Shown here in pieces: positions 53,193-63,710 of a stretch of 64,000 bases of DNA. A program made the translations under genes and the position numbers. Source of the DNA: Opitutales bacterium (GTDB lineage: Bacteria > Verrucomicrobiota > Verrucomicrobiia > Opitutales > UBA2987); the NCBI GenBank assembly GCA_965226885.1, contig CBDDEL010000010.1:105168-169167 (forward strand), given 5' to 3'. The notes under the pieces were generated by a model that was given only the letters and a program-made list of their open reading frames with translations, had not been told where the DNA came from and searched no databases. Within the stretch, counting starts at the first letter, position 1; each line of letters begins with the position of its first letter.

Positions 53193-54677
53193 TCAATTGC
53201 GCAAGAGGGAGAAGGATTCAGGGGCGAGAAAACCGTCGAGCAGTTTTTTGGGGTCGAGGGCGTCGATTTTTTCGACGGGCTGCTCAAGGAGGTTTCGATA
53301 AAGCATTTCGAGGCGGACGCCGTAGGAATCCAGGCTGTAATTTTCCGTTACGATCCGTTTGTTTTCATGGAGGCGTTTTTCGCCCGGGCCGTCGCCGAGA
53401 ATGGATGGGCATAATTCGGTGCGGAGTGGCGGATTTTCGAGGAGGGTTTTAATGACTATTTCCTGCAACGATTCGTCGAGCCGTCCGAAATCGACACGGT
53501 CTTTTTTGACAATTTCATTCAATGCTCGTTCGAGAGCCTGTTCGGGCGGATTTCTACCGTAGGCTGGATAAAAATTCTCAATGGCCGTCTGGAGGCGTTG
53601 GCGGAGTTGTTGCCGGCCCACCCATGGCAGGGGAATATCGAGCCGTTGATAGAGATTTGAAAGGTCGATGCCGAAATCTGCAGTGATATCCGGCAGGTTG
53701 CGGCCCACGAGCGGCTTAGACAGAAGGCAGGGTTCCAAAAAGGCCATGCCGAAGCCCTCCGCAACACTGGTGGTGATCAGGCGGTGGGAGGATTCGAGCC
53801 ATTCCGAAAATGAACCGCCGTGGCTTTCGATTAATCCGAAATGGGCGGGCAGACAGAGTTCGTGACTGAACTGCACCCAGCGATTGTGGCAAGATTGCCA
53901 GATGGGATTATCGGGAACCAGGGTGGTGGCGAAAGATTCGTCTTTTTCGGCCAGGGCAGCCCAGAGGAGAAATTCGCCGAGGTTTTTACGCCTGATGCCG
54001 CGTGTTGGGTAGAGGGTGAGGCGCATTCCTTGGAAGGCTTGCAGGGCATCCTTTTTCCCACCGTGGCCGAGTTGGGATGGTGGCAGGGAGACAGGATTGG
54101 GCAAGACATGCAATTGTTCTTTGGTCAATCCGGCCTTGGACAAGATTCCGGCGTCTCGGGGGTTGAGAACGGCGTAGTGGATTTGGGGGGCCGAGGGGTA
54201 GGGTATTTTGGCCGGTTTTTGATCCCATTTAATTAACAGATCGAAAAGGTGTCGGTAATTGGCGGGTCGGCCGTCCTCTGGAAAATCATGCATCTGCAGG
54301 AGGAGGCGATGCCCATTTTCGGCCAGTAAACGGCAGGCGGCGGGGAGGGCGGGATTTTTGCCCAGGGAATGGTTGTGGAAGTGCCAGAGGTCGGGCGGGC
54401 CTTCCAGCCGGGCGCAGGCGGATTGTTGGAGGGCATTATAAAGTTCCCGGGGAGCGGGCGTGGCGGAATTTTCGGTATAACCGAGCCCTTCGACATATTG
54501 CGACTGGGACAGGCAGGATGTTGGGGCGGGTTCACCATGAAGAACTACGGCATGAATATTCCGCCGGGCGAGGGCGGCGACGGCGTTTTCGATCACCCGT
54601 GAGACCCCGCCCGGTCTGAGGTGATAATGGACAATGGCGACCTTTGGAGACATGCCCTTAAGAATCCGGCAATCCAA
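53193..54677 (-). CDS. GT-B (GT4-like) glycosyltransferase, candidate MggA
   Basis: HYHLRPGGVSRVI, YPTRGIRRKNLGE, EGFGMAFLEP. Confidence 0.75.
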   Translation of the reverse strand: MDCRILKGMSPKVAIVHYHLRPGGVSRVIENAVAALARRNIHAVVLHGEPAPTSCLSQSQYVEGLGYTENSATPAPRELYNALQQSACARLEGPPDLWHFHNHSLGKNPALPAACRLLAENGHRLLLQMHDFPEDGRPANYRHLFDLLIKWDQKPAKIPYPSAPQIHYAVLNPRDAGILSKAGLTKEQLHVLPNPVSLPPSQLGHGGKKDALQAFQGMRLTLYPTRGIRRKNLGEFLLWAALAEKDESFATTLVPDNPIWQSCHNRWVQFSHELCLPAHFGLIESHGGSFSEWLESSHRLITTSVAEGFGMAFLEPCLLSKPLVGRNLPDITADFGIDLSNLYQRLDIPLPWVGRQQLRQRLQTAIENFYPAYGRNPPEQALERALNEIVKKDRVDFGRLDESLQEIVIKTLLENPPLRTELCPSILGDGPGEKRLHENKRIVTENYSLDSYGVRLEMLYRNLLEQPVEKIDALDPKKLLDGFLAPESFSLLRN

Positions 54678-55638
54678 ATTTACGGCGGTAGGCGGGAATC
54701 GTGATCATGGGCGGGCGCTCCTCCTCTACGATTTCATTGACGACCTGTTTGTAATGGCGGTGTTGGGCCTGAAAATGCCTGTAAAGGGTGCTTATTTCCG
54801 AATCTTTTCCAACAAAATCGTCTTTCTCCAAGCGTTTGAAAAAAGTTTGGAGGATGCCGAAAGACATTTTGCCGAGGGCTTCCACGGGCTGATGGCGGTG
54901 AATCCTTTGATCGAGGTCGGTTTGGCCGAATGCATCCAGTCCCCATTGGCGGTAAACATCAATCAGGTGGGAAGTTTCGACACCATAGCCGACTGGAAAA
55001 GGAATACGTTCCAAAACCTCCCGGCGAACCGCGTATTCTCCCGAAAGGGGCTGCAAAATGGCGGCCAGATGGGGGAAAAAGAGAGAGAAGAGCGGGCGGA
55101 CGAGGATTTCCGTGACACGGCCGCCGCCGGAGGGCCTTATTTTATGGGAGTAGGCCAGGGGACGGTCATAAAATGCTTTCACGTATTTTATCTCATCGCG
55201 GTAGATGAGCGGGGCGACGAGGCCATAGACAAAGCGGGGGTGGATGTTTTTGATGTCCGCATCGACATAGCAGATGATGTCGCCCTGGAGTTGATAAATG
55301 GCTTTCCAGAGGTTTTCCCCTTTGCCTGGTTTGTCTCCCACTTCGGGAAGGATTTCGGAGGCGAGGTATACATCGGCCCCAAAGGCGGCGGCCACCTCTC
55401 TGGTTTTATCGGTCGAACCGGAATCGATGACGGCGATTTCGTCGAGTAGGGGGTATCTTTTTTTTAGCTCGGAAATAAAAAGGACGACCACTTTGCCGAT
55501 GGTTTTTTCCTCGTTGAGGGTGGGGATGCAAAGCGAGATTTTGAGGTTTTTTTCTTCCTTTGCCTCGATCAGTTTTAGGCGGTCCCAAAAATCCTCGTGG
55601 TGGAAGGTGTTGCGCTGAAGCCAATCGTCAATCTTCAT
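54658..55638 (-). CDS. gpgS: Glucosyl-3-phosphoglycerate synthase
   Basis: IPTLNEE, IDSGSTD, GKGENLWK, DADI, GGRVTEILVRPL, QPLSGEYA, YGVE. Confidence 0.88.
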   Translation of the reverse strand: MKIDDWLQRNTFHHEDFWDRLKLIEAKEEKNLKISLCIPTLNEEKTIGKVVVLFISELKKRYPLLDEIAVIDSGSTDKTREVAAAFGADVYLASEILPEVGDKPGKGENLWKAIYQLQGDIICYVDADIKNIHPRFVYGLVAPLIYRDEIKYVKAFYDRPLAYSHKIRPSGGGRVTEILVRPLFSLFFPHLAAILQPLSGEYAVRREVLERIPFPVGYGVETSHLIDVYRQWGLDAFGQTDLDQRIHRHQPVEALGKMSFGILQTFFKRLEKDDFVGKDSEISTLYRHFQAQHRHYKQVVNEIVEEERPPMITIPAYRRKFGLPDS

Positions 55639-56809
55639 GGCCGATGCCTTGGTCGATCATTTGCAGGACCCCGATCAGTTGAGCGATGCCTGTAAAGATG
55701 GGTTCAATCTGGATTTGTTCGTCAAATTCGTGAAGGTGCTGGCCGGAAGTCAGGCCCAGGGTGATGCCGGGGATTTTTTTTGCGATGAGGGCCGAAAGGG
55801 CGCCTACGCTGGGCGCGATTTTGGACTCAATGCCGAGGGTATCCATGATGGCGCGGGCTCCTTCAATCATCGGGTGGTATTTCCTGATACCGCCGGGTTT
55901 TCTGCGGGTGATAATGTGGAGCTTGGCTTGAGCCGCTGAATCCTCGGCCGTGGCGTGTAGAATTTCTTCGATTTGGCGGTGGATAGAGGTAATTTTTCCG
56001 CGCACTTTACTGCGCAGCTCGAACCGGAGGAGGGCCTTGGATGGGATGGTGTTGAAGGCATTTCCGGCGTTGATGGAACCGAGTATGAGCGAAGTGCCGG
56101 GCTCATCCAGCTCTGCAATGGCTAGTATGCGGGTGAGGATGTCATTGAGGTTTACGATCGCTCCGGCGGCGTTCGATCGTTCCCAGAAGGTTTCCGGCGG
56201 GGTTTTGCAGACGATCTCCCCGCGCAGCATGCCCAGACAGGAATAACTCAATCTGCCCAAGTGGATGCCAGCCAGGCATACGCCGGCATGGATGGGCCTA
56301 TGGACGTGATTGAGAAAAAACCTGAAGCCGCCGAGGTCGCCGCGGCCCTGGCTTTGCACTGCGCCCAATAATATTAGGTTGTTGGAAAACCGGATGCCTA
56401 ATTTTTCCAACAAGAGGGGCAATATGGATATGACGGCCGCACCGATGCTGTTGTCGGCTATGCCGGGCCCCGCCAGCACGTCGGTGCCCAGCGTCACGGA
56501 GTGGTCAACAGAGCGGTCGAAAACGGTATCCACGTGAGCTTCGAGGAGAATATTTTTTTTACGCCCGCCACCTTGGCCGGGAAGGACAGCGGTGGCATTG
56601 CCGGCTTCGTCGATGGAAATATTTTGCAGCCCGCATTCATTGAAACGGTCGCTTAAAAACTGTATGCGCTCCTCTTCTGCATGGGTGGGGGCGGGAATTT
56701 CGCCCATCATGACGCTGCTGGCCAGTATAATTTCCCGATAGCGGCGCAGGGCCTGCCTTAGTTCTGGCAGGGATTCGACGATGCTCTCTGTTTGAAATGC
56801 GAGTGACAT
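55628..56809 (-). CDS. M20/M25/M40 metallopeptidase-fold protein with an altered catalytic motif
   Basis: AHVDTVF, GIADN and HEFDE are present, but the usual EE motif reads VQSQG. Confidence 0.75.
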   Translation of the reverse strand: MSLAFQTESIVESLPELRQALRRYREIILASSVMMGEIPAPTHAEEERIQFLSDRFNECGLQNISIDEAGNATAVLPGQGGGRKKNILLEAHVDTVFDRSVDHSVTLGTDVLAGPGIADNSIGAAVISILPLLLEKLGIRFSNNLILLGAVQSQGRGDLGGFRFFLNHVHRPIHAGVCLAGIHLGRLSYSCLGMLRGEIVCKTPPETFWERSNAAGAIVNLNDILTRILAIAELDEPGTSLILGSINAGNAFNTIPSKALLRFELRSKVRGKITSIHRQIEEILHATAEDSAAQAKLHIITRRKPGGIRKYHPMIEGARAIMDTLGIESKIAPSVGALSALIAKKIPGITLGLTSGQHLHEFDEQIQIEPIFTGIAQLIGVLQMIDQGIGHED

Positions 56810-57015
56810 TACATGCTGATTCAAGAAATAGTATTGGGCACAAGGGAATAGCTGCCAATCCTTTAATTTTTTCACTCATTTACTAAAAATGCGCGGATGG
56901 ACGCGGATTTTTTGAGTGAGAGCCGGCGAGCCGCACTATTTATCTGTATTCACGCGTTGGCATCAACTCCTTGGCTCAATGCCATCGTGGGAGCCAGTAT
57001 TCCCGATGCCTGGTG

Positions 57016-57038
57016 TCAAATATGAATTATGAACGTTG
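57016..57038 (+). repeat. 23-bp direct repeat, second copy at 58812-58834
   Basis: TCAAATATGAATTATGAACGTTG versus TCAAATGTGAATTATGAACGTTG. Confidence 0.85.
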
Positions 57039-57044
57039 ACCCCT

Positions 57045-57698
57045 TTAGATTTGTGAAATTTGATATGCGCAGCGCCGGTCTCCCGATAAAATGTGCTCCG
57101 TGCGTTCGAGGCGCACTTGCTTTCCTAAAATCGATCGAAAAAAGCATAACTCCGCCTCGCACACTGCATTGCAGGCTGTCGCTGCTTCGCAAATTGGACA
57201 ATGGTTTTCCACAAATAGAAAGGAAGCTCTGTCTTTCGAACCGACTTCGGCCATGTAACCCTCTGCCGTTCGAAGCTCGGCAAGGTGGGTCAGTTTTTTT
57301 TGCAAGGATGCATTTTTCGAAATTTTATCACGATAGGTGGAAATTTGATTTCCAATGGCACTCTTGAGGATTCCTTGAAGCGCCTTGGTTCCGTATTTCG
57401 ATCCCATTGCTTCGATTAATTTGACCACAAAAGACGAGTGATCGTCGGGGAAAAAACGGTTTGCGTATTGCGTCAAGGCCCAGAATTTTTCCGGACGTCC
57501 AACACCTTGCGCCCTTTCCCTGCAATTTACGCTTCCTTCATCCTGAAGTTTATATAGGTGCTGGCGGACGGCCATGGGAGATATTTTTAAGCGTAGCGCC
57601 AGGGTGGTGGCATCAGTTGAGCCAAGAGTTTTCAATAGCTTGAGAATAGCTAAACGGGTTCGACCCTGCCGGTTCCTGCTTCCTTTCGGTTGTTTCAT
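57045..57698 (-). CDS. SufR-like HTH metalloregulator
   Basis: N-terminal HTH (AVRQHLYKL, GVGRP) and Cys motif ENHCPI...CNAVCEAE...C. Confidence 0.8.
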   Translation of the reverse strand: MKQPKGSRNRQGRTRLAILKLLKTLGSTDATTLALRLKISPMAVRQHLYKLQDEGSVNCRERAQGVGRPEKFWALTQYANRFFPDDHSSFVVKLIEAMGSKYGTKALQGILKSAIGNQISTYRDKISKNASLQKKLTHLAELRTAEGYMAEVGSKDRASFLFVENHCPICEAATACNAVCEAELCFFRSILGKQVRLERTEHILSGDRRCAYQISQI

Positions 57699-57783
57699 CG
57701 TAGGTATAATTATAGATTATGCTTTACAATCAAGGTGTAATTGGTCTTTTTAATAAATAAAGTAAAATCTTTAATTATTTGCC

Positions 57784-58806
57784 ATGATAAACAGCGATCT
57801 CAGCAGTTCGGGCCGAAAACGGGGACGCCCGAAAAAAGGGGCAAAGGTTTATCCCAGGATATCGCATCTCGATTCTGAAATGGGGCTGAATTCCTCTCGA
57901 AGCAGCTCCTTGGAGCTTTTCTATGAGCGGATAAAGGATATCCCTTTATTGAGTGTTGATGAAGAAGTTACCCTTGCCCAACAAATCCAGAGAGGCGATG
58001 AAAAGGCCCGCCATAAAATGATCCTTTCTAATCTGCGGCTGGTTTTCAAGATCGCTTTGCATTATAACAATCTTGGGCTTTCGTCCGAAGATCTGGTGAG
58101 TGAAGGCATGGTGGGATTGGTTCATGCTAGCGAGCATTTTTTGCCCCATAAAGCAAAGTTCAGCTCCTACTCTTCGTGGTGGATCCGAAGATTCATGCAT
58201 GAGGCCATCGCTCGCAATAGTGGGGCTGTCAGCGTGAGCACTTATACCGCAAACAAGATGATCGTGATGAGCAAAGTCGCCAATGACTTGCATGAGAAAA
58301 TAGGTAGTGAGGCAAGCGATATGGAAATCGCGTTAGAGATGAAAATGCCCGAACATAAAGTTGCTTCCCTGCGCATGGTCAGGAAAATTCCAATCTCCTT
58401 GCAAGCGTCGGTTAATGATGATTTATCCACTCAGTTTGTCGAAATTCTGGCGGACCATAGCGCTCCTATCCCGTCTAAGATCTTCGAGCAAAATGCGCTT
58501 AAGCGGGAACTTGAAGAGTCTCTTCAATTGCTCAAGGGGCGTGAAGCCGAGATCCTTCGTCACCGTTTTGGATTGAATGGCTACTGTCCGAAAACCCTCG
58601 TGGATGTGGGTGAAATCTATACACTTACGCGAGAACGCATCCGCCAAATTCAAAACTCGGCGTTGATAAAACTTCGCAAAATATTTAACGAAAAAGCAAA
58701 ACTGCGTAGCGCCCAAGAACTGGATGAAAATAGACTGGAGAGAATTCGATCAGAAATGCTCAAGGAGTTTTTAGAGACCCGGCTTCATGACGTATCTTCT
58801 AATTAA
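57784..58806 (+). CDS. RNA polymerase sigma-70 factor, RpoD/RpoS-like, lacking region 1.1
   Basis: Region 1.2 PLLSVDEE, NLRLV, DLVSEG, FSSYSSWWIR, region 4 TRERIRQI. Confidence 0.88.
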   Translation: MINSDLSSSGRKRGRPKKGAKVYPRISHLDSEMGLNSSRSSSLELFYERIKDIPLLSVDEEVTLAQQIQRGDEKARHKMILSNLRLVFKIALHYNNLGLSSEDLVSEGMVGLVHASEHFLPHKAKFSSYSSWWIRRFMHEAIARNSGAVSVSTYTANKMIVMSKVANDLHEKIGSEASDMEIALEMKMPEHKVASLRMVRKIPISLQASVNDDLSTQFVEILADHSAPIPSKIFEQNALKRELEESLQLLKGREAEILRHRFGLNGYCPKTLVDVGEIYTLTRERIRQIQNSALIKLRKIFNEKAKLRSAQELDENRLERIRSEMLKEFLETRLHDVSSN

Positions 58807-58843
58807 TGGCTTCAAATGTGAATTATGAACGTTGGTTTTGTAT

Positions 58844-59014
58844 GATCAACGAAGCGTTCATCCGAGAGTTCAATACGCGGGGAGTATGTCCAAGAGCGCG
58901 AAAACGTGCTGCTCCTTGGTAATGCCGGTACCGGTAAAACACACTTGGCCACCGCTCTGGGCTTTGCTGCCTGCGGCCAGGGCCGACGGGTCCGCTTTTT
59001 CGGGGTCACCGCCC
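58844..59014 (+). pseudogene. Diverged istB fragment
   Basis: [21 protein letters not shown] with several changes relative to the intact copies. Confidence 0.8.
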
Positions 59015-59349
59015 AAGCGGCTGAAGGATCTGGAGTGGCGTCAGCACTCAAAGTGGATTCACCGGGCTTTATCAGTGACCTATCGAAAAAGCTGAGGAAG
59101 TAGGGGACTATTGAGTTGGAAACCCATTTGAGTAAGTAGGCTTGGCCGTCGGTTTTTCCAAAGTTTCGATGGCAGTCTATTCAGCGTCCCGGCGGGTTTG
59201 CTGGTTGAGTAGGGATTTACAGAGTCTTTAATATTAAAGACGGATTCTTTTCAATGATTGCCCGGTATGCTCGAATAGGAATCGGATTACTGGGCCTCCA
59301 GACTGGGTCCTTCCCTTGCCTGTCCTTCAGTGGAAACTCGTATAAATCC

Positions 59350-59619
59350 AATTTCGACTGGCACCCGATACGGGATGAGGAAGAAAATTTTTCGATACAA
59401 AAGGAACCAATGCTGTGGGAACCCCCAACAGAAGGAAAGACCTTTCCAAGCTTTGACACAGCAAAGGGAAAATCAGCAATAATTGTTTAATACTGCCGAT
59501 TTGATCATTAAATATTGTAGGAAAGGATTGCCATATCACATTGAAAGCAAAAAATTGGATCAAAATATTAGGAAGTAGCTATTTTCAACGATTATCAATG
59601 TTCATATGGGCAATCTCGG
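59350..59619 (+). mobile_element. IS1380 type 2 right-end remnant
   Basis: RLAPDTG-stop followed by the 3' region and an IRR variant ending CAATCTCGG. Confidence 0.8.
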
Positions 59620-59813
59620 TTAAAGTACTATTTCGGGGGAAACTACTTGAATTCAATGACTTATCAATTTAGACCGGTTGATTTGCAAGACATATCCGGT
59701 GAACTAATGATGAAGTCTGCTGCCGTCGTAACATCTGTAAACAGTTTCCCAACGGATGAAAATTTACTGGGCGAAAAATCTGATTAAGTAGCAGTTGAAG
59801 AGAAATCACCCTG

Positions 59814-59991
59814 ATGACGAAAATCTCGGAAAATTTGCGCTCTACCCTTGATTTGCTTAAAATCTCTCCCCGCGCTTTCGTAATACCCGGGTTTTTGGGC
59901 ATTGTGGATTCCATAATGCACCTGGTTGTCCTTGGATTACTCTTACCCCTTTCACGGTTGCTTCTCTCCGGTGGTGAAAAAACAGGTTTAG
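59814..59991 (+). pseudogene. N-terminal fragment of a membrane protein (possibly an ABC exporter), cut by IS1380
   Basis: Hydrophobic GFLGIVDSIMHLVVLGLLLPLSRLL helix ends at the IS. Confidence 0.4.
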
Positions 59992-60738
59992 CCCGGATAT
60001 TTCATGAAGGGTAAAGTTTGGCTCGTTATTGCTATTGGAGATGGATTTCTTTGTATTTTGAGCAGATCGTCTTGATTTTTAGGTGTTTTTCAGGGTGTAG
60101 AGACACTGCCCCCTTTCCCCCATTGGTTCGGTAGTGCCGGGGGCAGCACCAATGCACCCTTTAGGTTGGCACCAATCGGCGGGCCGCATGGTTGAAAAGA
60201 CTGGCCCAAGGATAACTCTCACTTAGGTGAAAGTGAATCGTTCGGGTGTTGCGCACGATGACCGCTCCGATCTTGATTAATTTGAGCCGCAGGGTGTGGC
60301 ATTGGGCCCGCGCCCACTTCGTCCCTTTTAAGGCTAACCGGCGCATGGCTTCCATCAAGGTGTAGGCCAGCGCCGACAAGAGCAATCGCCACTGATTGGC
60401 CCACCATTGATGGGCGCTGGTGCGCTCGCTGAACAATTGCATCTGTTCCTTGATTCGGTTCTCCATTTCACCGCGGCCACAGTATACCTTGTCGTAAAGC
60501 TCCTGGGGATCGCCCGGCAGGTTCGTCACCACGAAGCGCGGGTTGGACCCCTGTGCGGTGTGTTCGGCTTTATGGATGACCAACCGCAGCCATCGCCACG
60601 AATCGGCAGCATAGACGAAGTCCTGGAATAGCCGTTGTTTTTTACCCCTTAGTTCGAACCATTCTTTGGCCTGCTTTTGCAACTGCTGGGCGTCTTGCTG
60701 CAAGCGTGCATTGCGAGCCATCCCCACGATGTAACTAA
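59992..60738 (-). mobile_element. IS1380 type 1, 3' half
   Basis: IRR after TTAG (59988-59991); cut at CTAA by another IS1380. Confidence 0.9.
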
Positions 60739-61061
60739 CCCGGATATTTCGTAAAAAAAGTATCGTTGATATGCTTAACTGCTGATATACAGCAGGATAG
60801 ATCAATAATTAAAGCAATATCAGCGATGACAAAAGGTAAACAATTAAAGCTACAGTTGACAAGGGTAAAAGGCCGCCGTGTGCGGGTTGATTTCAAGGGC
60901 GGAGAGGTTACTTCGGATGCCGGACTGCTTTTGATCCGGGAAGTGGATCGGCAGTTGGGCTTGACCGAACGAGCGGCCCGACAGTTAGTGGACAAACGGC
61001 AGAAGGGCAAAGTACGCCATGAGGTATTGGGGATGCTGCGGCAGCGCGTTTACGGGCTGGT
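60739..61061 (+). mobile_element. IS1380 type 1, 5' part, cut by IS21
   Basis: IRL CCCGGATATTTCG; ORF truncated after VYGLV. Confidence 0.9.
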
Positions 61062-61234
61062 TGTAAACGCCGGGATGAAACCGGTACGGGGGTCGGGGTA
61101 AAACCGGTACGCTTGGAATAAGGTTTAGGTTAGTAATTGCAGGTACGTCAAGGTTTAGGGTTTGGGAGTTGGTTTTGGGGATTGGCTTGGGGTCGGTGAG
61201 GAGGCCGGAGGCCGACGAGCCGGGCCCAAGGCGT

Positions 61235-62002
61235 TTATTGTTTTGTGCCACGGCGACGGCGTCGAGCATCGCGCAAGCGGTAGCTTTGCCCGTTGGCTTC
61301 GAGGATATGCACCCGATGGGTGAGTCGGTCCAGCAGAGCTCCGGTGAGCCGTTCGGAACCGAGCACTTCGATCCAGTTCTCAAAGGGCAGGTTGGTGGTG
61401 ACGATGAGACTGGTGCGCTCGTAAGCGCGGCTGACCACGTCGAAGAGCAGTTCGGAACCGGTCTTGGAAAAAGGGACGTAACCGAGTTCGTCGAGGATGA
61501 GTAGGTCGAGCCTTTCGAGTTGCTTCATGAAGCGCTGCAGGTCGTGGTTGTCGCGTTGCTCGAGCATATGGGTAACCAGGGCGGTGACCCCGAAGAAACG
61601 GATCCGCCGGCCCTGGGCACAGGCGGCAAAGCCCAGGGCGGTGGCCAGGTGCGTTTTACCGGTACCGGCGTTACCGAGGAGCAGCACGTTTTCGCGCTGG
61701 TCGACATACTCCCCGCGCATGAGCTCTCGGATGAGCGCTTCGTTGATCGAGGGCTGCGCTTCAAAGGCGAAGCTCTCGAGGGTCTTGAGCACGGGGAAAC
61801 GGGCGTTTTTGATCCGCCGCTGGGCGGCCCGCTGTTCGCGTTCAATGAGCTCCCGTTCGACCAGATGCAACAAAAAGGCGGCGTAATCGAGCCGGTCCCG
61901 GGAACAAGCCGCGGCCACCGCCGGCCATTCGCGCAGGATGGTGGGCAACTTCAGTTTCTTGAGGTGATGGTGTAACAGCAGCTGGTTTTTTTCTTCCTTC
62001 AT
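61235..62002 (-). CDS. istB: IstB
   Basis: Identical protein to copy 1. Confidence 0.95.
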   Translation of the reverse strand: MKEEKNQLLLHHHLKKLKLPTILREWPAVAAACSRDRLDYAAFLLHLVERELIEREQRAAQRRIKNARFPVLKTLESFAFEAQPSINEALIRELMRGEYVDQRENVLLLGNAGTGKTHLATALGFAACAQGRRIRFFGVTALVTHMLEQRDNHDLQRFMKQLERLDLLILDELGYVPFSKTGSELLFDVVSRAYERTSLIVTTNLPFENWIEVLGSERLTGALLDRLTHRVHILEANGQSYRLRDARRRRRGTKQ

Positions 62003-63504
62003 AAAGCCCCTCCTGGAATCTTGAGCAGTTCGCTGTAGGCACCGAGGTCAGGGGCGGCCACACGGACGTGACGCAGGTGTGGATGGCCGTCCAGCCGGAA
62101 GGTTCTGCTCCCGTAGTCTTCCTGAGGATAGAGATACTGGGCGATGGCCTCACGAGTCAGTCCCCCCACCCGCAGGGCCGAGACGACGGCCTGCTGCAAG
62201 GCCGCCATGGGGTGTTTCTCCAACAGCCGCAGCACCCGGATATACTCCCGGGTGCCTTCGCCCCCGCATTGGCTTTCGAGCCGGCGTCTGAGGACCTGCA
62301 GGCACTGCGGCAACTGCCAGCCCGAGAGTGGGCGGGCGAAGTCCAAAGCGCCCGGTTTTTTCTCCAGCAAAGCCAGGTAGTGCACCGGCTCGAAAGAGAC
62401 TTGCTCTTTATCCCAAATGCGGCGGTGCCGGGCCACCTCTTGGCCCCCACAGAAGATCACCACCTGCCGACAGGACCCTTCCACCACCACCGGATGGTGG
62501 GCGCAGCGCACCGGCACCGAATAGTCGTTGCACTCGAAGCGCACCAGCGAGAGGCTGCTGACGCAGGTCGAGCGTTTGCGGCTCGCTTCAAAGGGTATGG
62601 GCGGCAACGCCAGCATGACGGCGCGCTCCTCGGCCAGCAGTTCCTTTTTCACCGCCCTTTTCCCGCGTAATTTACGCTCCATGTCCCGCTCACATGCCTC
62701 CAACAGCTTTGCGTTGAGTTCCTCCAGGTCCCGAACCTGCGGTACCGGTACCAGGAAGTTGGCCCGGGCATAACGCACGATCCCCTCGACCACGCCCTTC
62801 TCGTTGGGCCGGGCGGGCAGACAGAAGTGTTCCTCGAACAGGTAATGGCTCTGTAGCTGCAGAAACCCGTCGGTCAGCTTGCGTTCACGCGAACCGATAA
62901 TCTTACCCACCGCCACCTTCGAGTTGTCATAGCTGATGCGCCGGGGCACCGCCCCGAAAAACTCAAAAGCTCGCAGGTGCCCCTCCCAGAAGCTCTCCGT
63001 GCACTCCCGTTCGAACACCTGCACGAAAAAGGCATCGCTGTAGGGCAGGCTCATGGCAAAAAATGGCCGCCTACGCAATTGCCCCGCCTCCTTCACCAGG
63101 GCATGACCGAAGTCCACCTGTCCCTCCCCGGGGCGGTGCTCCAGCGGCACGAACACTTCCCGCCGCCTCGCTCGCAGCTCGGCCACCACCTCCTTGACCG
63201 CCGTGTAGCCCCCTTGGTAGCCCTTCTCCCGACCCAAACGCTGGTAGATCCGTTTGGCCGTATGGCGCTGCTTCTTGGGCACGTTCCGGTCCGCTTTGAG
63301 CACCTCCTCGATCCAGCCCACATACGGATCGATCTTGCGCTCTCGCCTCTTCTTGCGCCGGTATCCCGGCGGCTGGGAATAGGCCAGCATCTTTCCCAGG
63401 GTCTCCCAGTGCAGTCCCTCTTCTCGCATTACAGAGCGCTTGCTCTGCTTGTCCCGCAGCACTTTGTGCCGCACTCTTGTCCATTGCTTCATATCTCGAT
63501 ACAC
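61999..63504 (-). CDS. istA: IstA
   Basis: Identical protein to copy 1. Confidence 0.95.
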   Translation of the reverse strand: MYRDMKQWTRVRHKVLRDKQSKRSVMREEGLHWETLGKMLAYSQPPGYRRKKRRERKIDPYVGWIEEVLKADRNVPKKQRHTAKRIYQRLGREKGYQGGYTAVKEVVAELRARRREVFVPLEHRPGEGQVDFGHALVKEAGQLRRRPFFAMSLPYSDAFFVQVFERECTESFWEGHLRAFEFFGAVPRRISYDNSKVAVGKIIGSRERKLTDGFLQLQSHYLFEEHFCLPARPNEKGVVEGIVRYARANFLVPVPQVRDLEELNAKLLEACERDMERKLRGKRAVKKELLAEERAVMLALPPIPFEASRKRSTCVSSLSLVRFECNDYSVPVRCAHHPVVVEGSCRQVVIFCGGQEVARHRRIWDKEQVSFEPVHYLALLEKKPGALDFARPLSGWQLPQCLQVLRRRLESQCGGEGTREYIRVLRLLEKHPMAALQQAVVSALRVGGLTREAIAQYLYPQEDYGSRTFRLDGHPHLRHVRVAAPDLGAYSELLKIPGGAL

Positions 63505-63710
63505 TCCTCCTTTCTAGGATAAGCGTACCGGTTTTAAAGCGCCCTCTTTACCGTACCGGTTTTTCCCCGGCGTTTACAACCATCAATCCGTTGGGTAAGG
63601 GAAATGCAGAAACGACAGACCTTCCCATTTCGAAAAATTGGCCACCTTGTTCGTTTCGACCCAGCCGAGGTAGCAAAATATCTGTCGGCCCGGAATACTG
63701 TGGAGGCTAG

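Larger units (their letters stand above)
61062..63578 (-). mobile_element. IS21-family element, copy 3 (no TSD)
   Basis: Same ends as copies 1 and 2. Confidence 0.93.
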
